Source: an uncultured Eggerthella sp.
GTDB taxonomy: Bacteria; Actinomycetota; Coriobacteriia; Coriobacteriales; Eggerthellaceae
Assembly (NCBI GenBank): GCA_900542525.1
Contig: UQNZ01000003.1
Coordinates: forward strand, 48,440-112,439
Reading direction: 5' to 3'
DNA length: 64,000 nucleotides
This document shows, piece by piece, positions 62,862-64,000 of this stretch. Numbering within the stretch: the first letter of the stretch is position 1; each line of letters begins with the position of its first letter. The notes below the pieces were generated by a model. It ran no database searches. It was not told the DNA's origin and worked only from the letters and a program-made list of their open reading frames with translations. Position numbers and translations under genes: made by a program.

Positions 62862-62895
62862 ATGCTTCCCTCTTACCCCTCTATACGCCTTGCGC

Positions 62896-64000
62896 TTAGC
62901 GCGTGGCATCCGCACCATAAATGATCGGCATCGAGCTGACCACTTCGCTTTCGGCTTCCTTCGCTTGATCGCCGCCAGTAAGCCTGTTCCACCAGATGCC
63001 GATACCTTCAAGGAAGTTCGGACCGGCACAGTCTTCTGCAGCAACAAGGTCGACCGTTTTGATGATCTCGTTATTCTGGTAATAGTTTACCGTACCCACC
63101 TTGTCTCCCACATGCACGGTGTTGGTAATGTCGTCGAAAACCACGTCTTGACTCACATTTCCGTTATAACGAAAGACCTCGACCGTCTCAGTTGGGTTGG
63201 CTATCGTTGCCTTGAAGGTCTTATCGAGCCAACCTTTATGGCTCACATTCGCCACGACGGGCGCTTGGACTTCCTGACCATTGAGTCGAAGCATGATCAC
63301 TTCATCCGAAGAAGCCAACGGAACATCGATCGTATTGTCGTAGACCCAATTCCACATGGTCGTACAGTCGGTGAAACGCTGCGCTTCCGTAGTTGAATGA
63401 AGCACTATAGCATAGAGGATCTCTCCATCTCGCTCACAGGCACCTGCAAAGCACTCGCCTGCTTCTTCGGTGAACCCGGTCTTGATGCCGCAAGCACCTT
63501 CATAGACGCCTACCAGAAGGTCGGTCGACTCGAGCTGAAGATCGACCCAATTCTCTCCGCGCTTGACCGAGATCGTGGTCTTTGGCGTTGCTACGACCGA
63601 ACGAAAAAGCTCGTTTTCCATAGCAGCGCGCGCCATGATGGAAACATTCTGAGCACTGCAATGCATGTCCCCACTGAACTGATCGTAATCAAGACCATGC
63701 GGATTGCTGAAATGGGCATCATTCATGCCAAGAGCAAGCGCCTTCTTGTTCATCGCATAGACGAATGCATCGTAGCCATTCTGCGGCATCTCGTTCTCGG
63801 GAATGCTCTTGTCCTTTTGAAGCTCTTCCAAGATCTTAGGCCCAAGCGATTCAGCCAAAGCTTGACCTGCATCGTTACCTGAAGGAATCATGAGTGCCTT
63901 GATCGCAGCTTCGAGCGTGAGCACATCTCCCGCTCTCAGCCCCGCAGTAGATTCACCGATGCTCGCCGCTTCTTGACTGACCGTGATCTCGGTCTGCGTA
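62896..64000 (-). CDS. dacA: D-alanyl-D-alanine carboxypeptidase (S11 serine peptidase, PBP5-like); N-terminus beyond window end
   Basis: SxN motif (PSGND) and KTG-like region. The reading frame stays open to the window edge. Confidence 0.7.
   Translation of the reverse strand, partial: TQTEITVSQEAASIGESTAGLRAGDVLTLEAAIKALMIPSGNDAGQALAESLGPKILEELQKDKSIPENEMPQNGYDAFVYAMNKKALALGMNDAHFSNPHGLDYDQFSGDMHCSAQNVSIMARAAMENELFRSVVATPKTTISVKRGENWVDLQLESTDLLVGVYEGACGIKTGFTEEAGECFAGACERDGEILYAIVLHSTTEAQRFTDCTTMWNWVYDNTIDVPLASSDEVIMLRLNGQEVQAPVVANVSHKGWLDKTFKATIANPTETVEVFRYNGNVSQDVVFDDITNTVHVGDKVGTVNYYQNNEIIKTVDLVAAEDCAGPNFLEGIGIWWNRLTGGDQAKEAESEVVSSMPIIYGADATR

Overview
This window reads as a core chromosomal segment of a high-GC Gram-positive bacterium, probably an anaerobic actinobacterium of the Coriobacteriia type. 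The genes are densely packed and mostly on the minus strand, and most are housekeeping: the hrcA-dnaJ heat-shock unit with a CIRCE operator, hemW, dusB, lepA, rpsT, galU, veg-rsmA, tatD, metG, ackA, xseAB, rnd, gpmI-tpiA-pgk-gap, whiA-yvcK-rapZ-uvrC, gdhA, argS-argF, copA, menA, and iorAB-paaK. There are 10 tRNA genes in four clusters. Several regions are not explained by ordinary gene content.

- **Repeated structured-RNA-like element.** Two inverted copies of a roughly 330-nt non-coding element sit at 7801-8131 and 53932-54271. They are about 90% identical, and the differences include compensatory base changes inside hairpins. One copy is enclosed by a perfect 34-bp inverted repeat; the other lies just downstream of a tRNA-Pro/tRNA-Gly pair. 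This is the most novel-looking feature in the window.
- **tRNA-bounded accessory segment (48.1-53.7 kb).** It carries a tandemly duplicated pair of genes, a Gfo/Idh/MocA oxidoreductase plus a shikimate-dehydrogenase-like gene, separated by a conspicuously AT-rich LysR regulator.
- **Opine-dehydrogenase cluster.** An opine dehydrogenase, an Asp/Glu-racemase-family protein, a MetQ-like binding lipoprotein and a LysR regulator sit together next to a Cys-Gly-Val tRNA cluster.
- **Unusual ribosomal protein S20.** It is twice the normal length because of a roughly 95-residue Lys/Ala/Glu low-complexity tail.

No CRISPR array, transposase, phage gene or recognisable defence system was seen.
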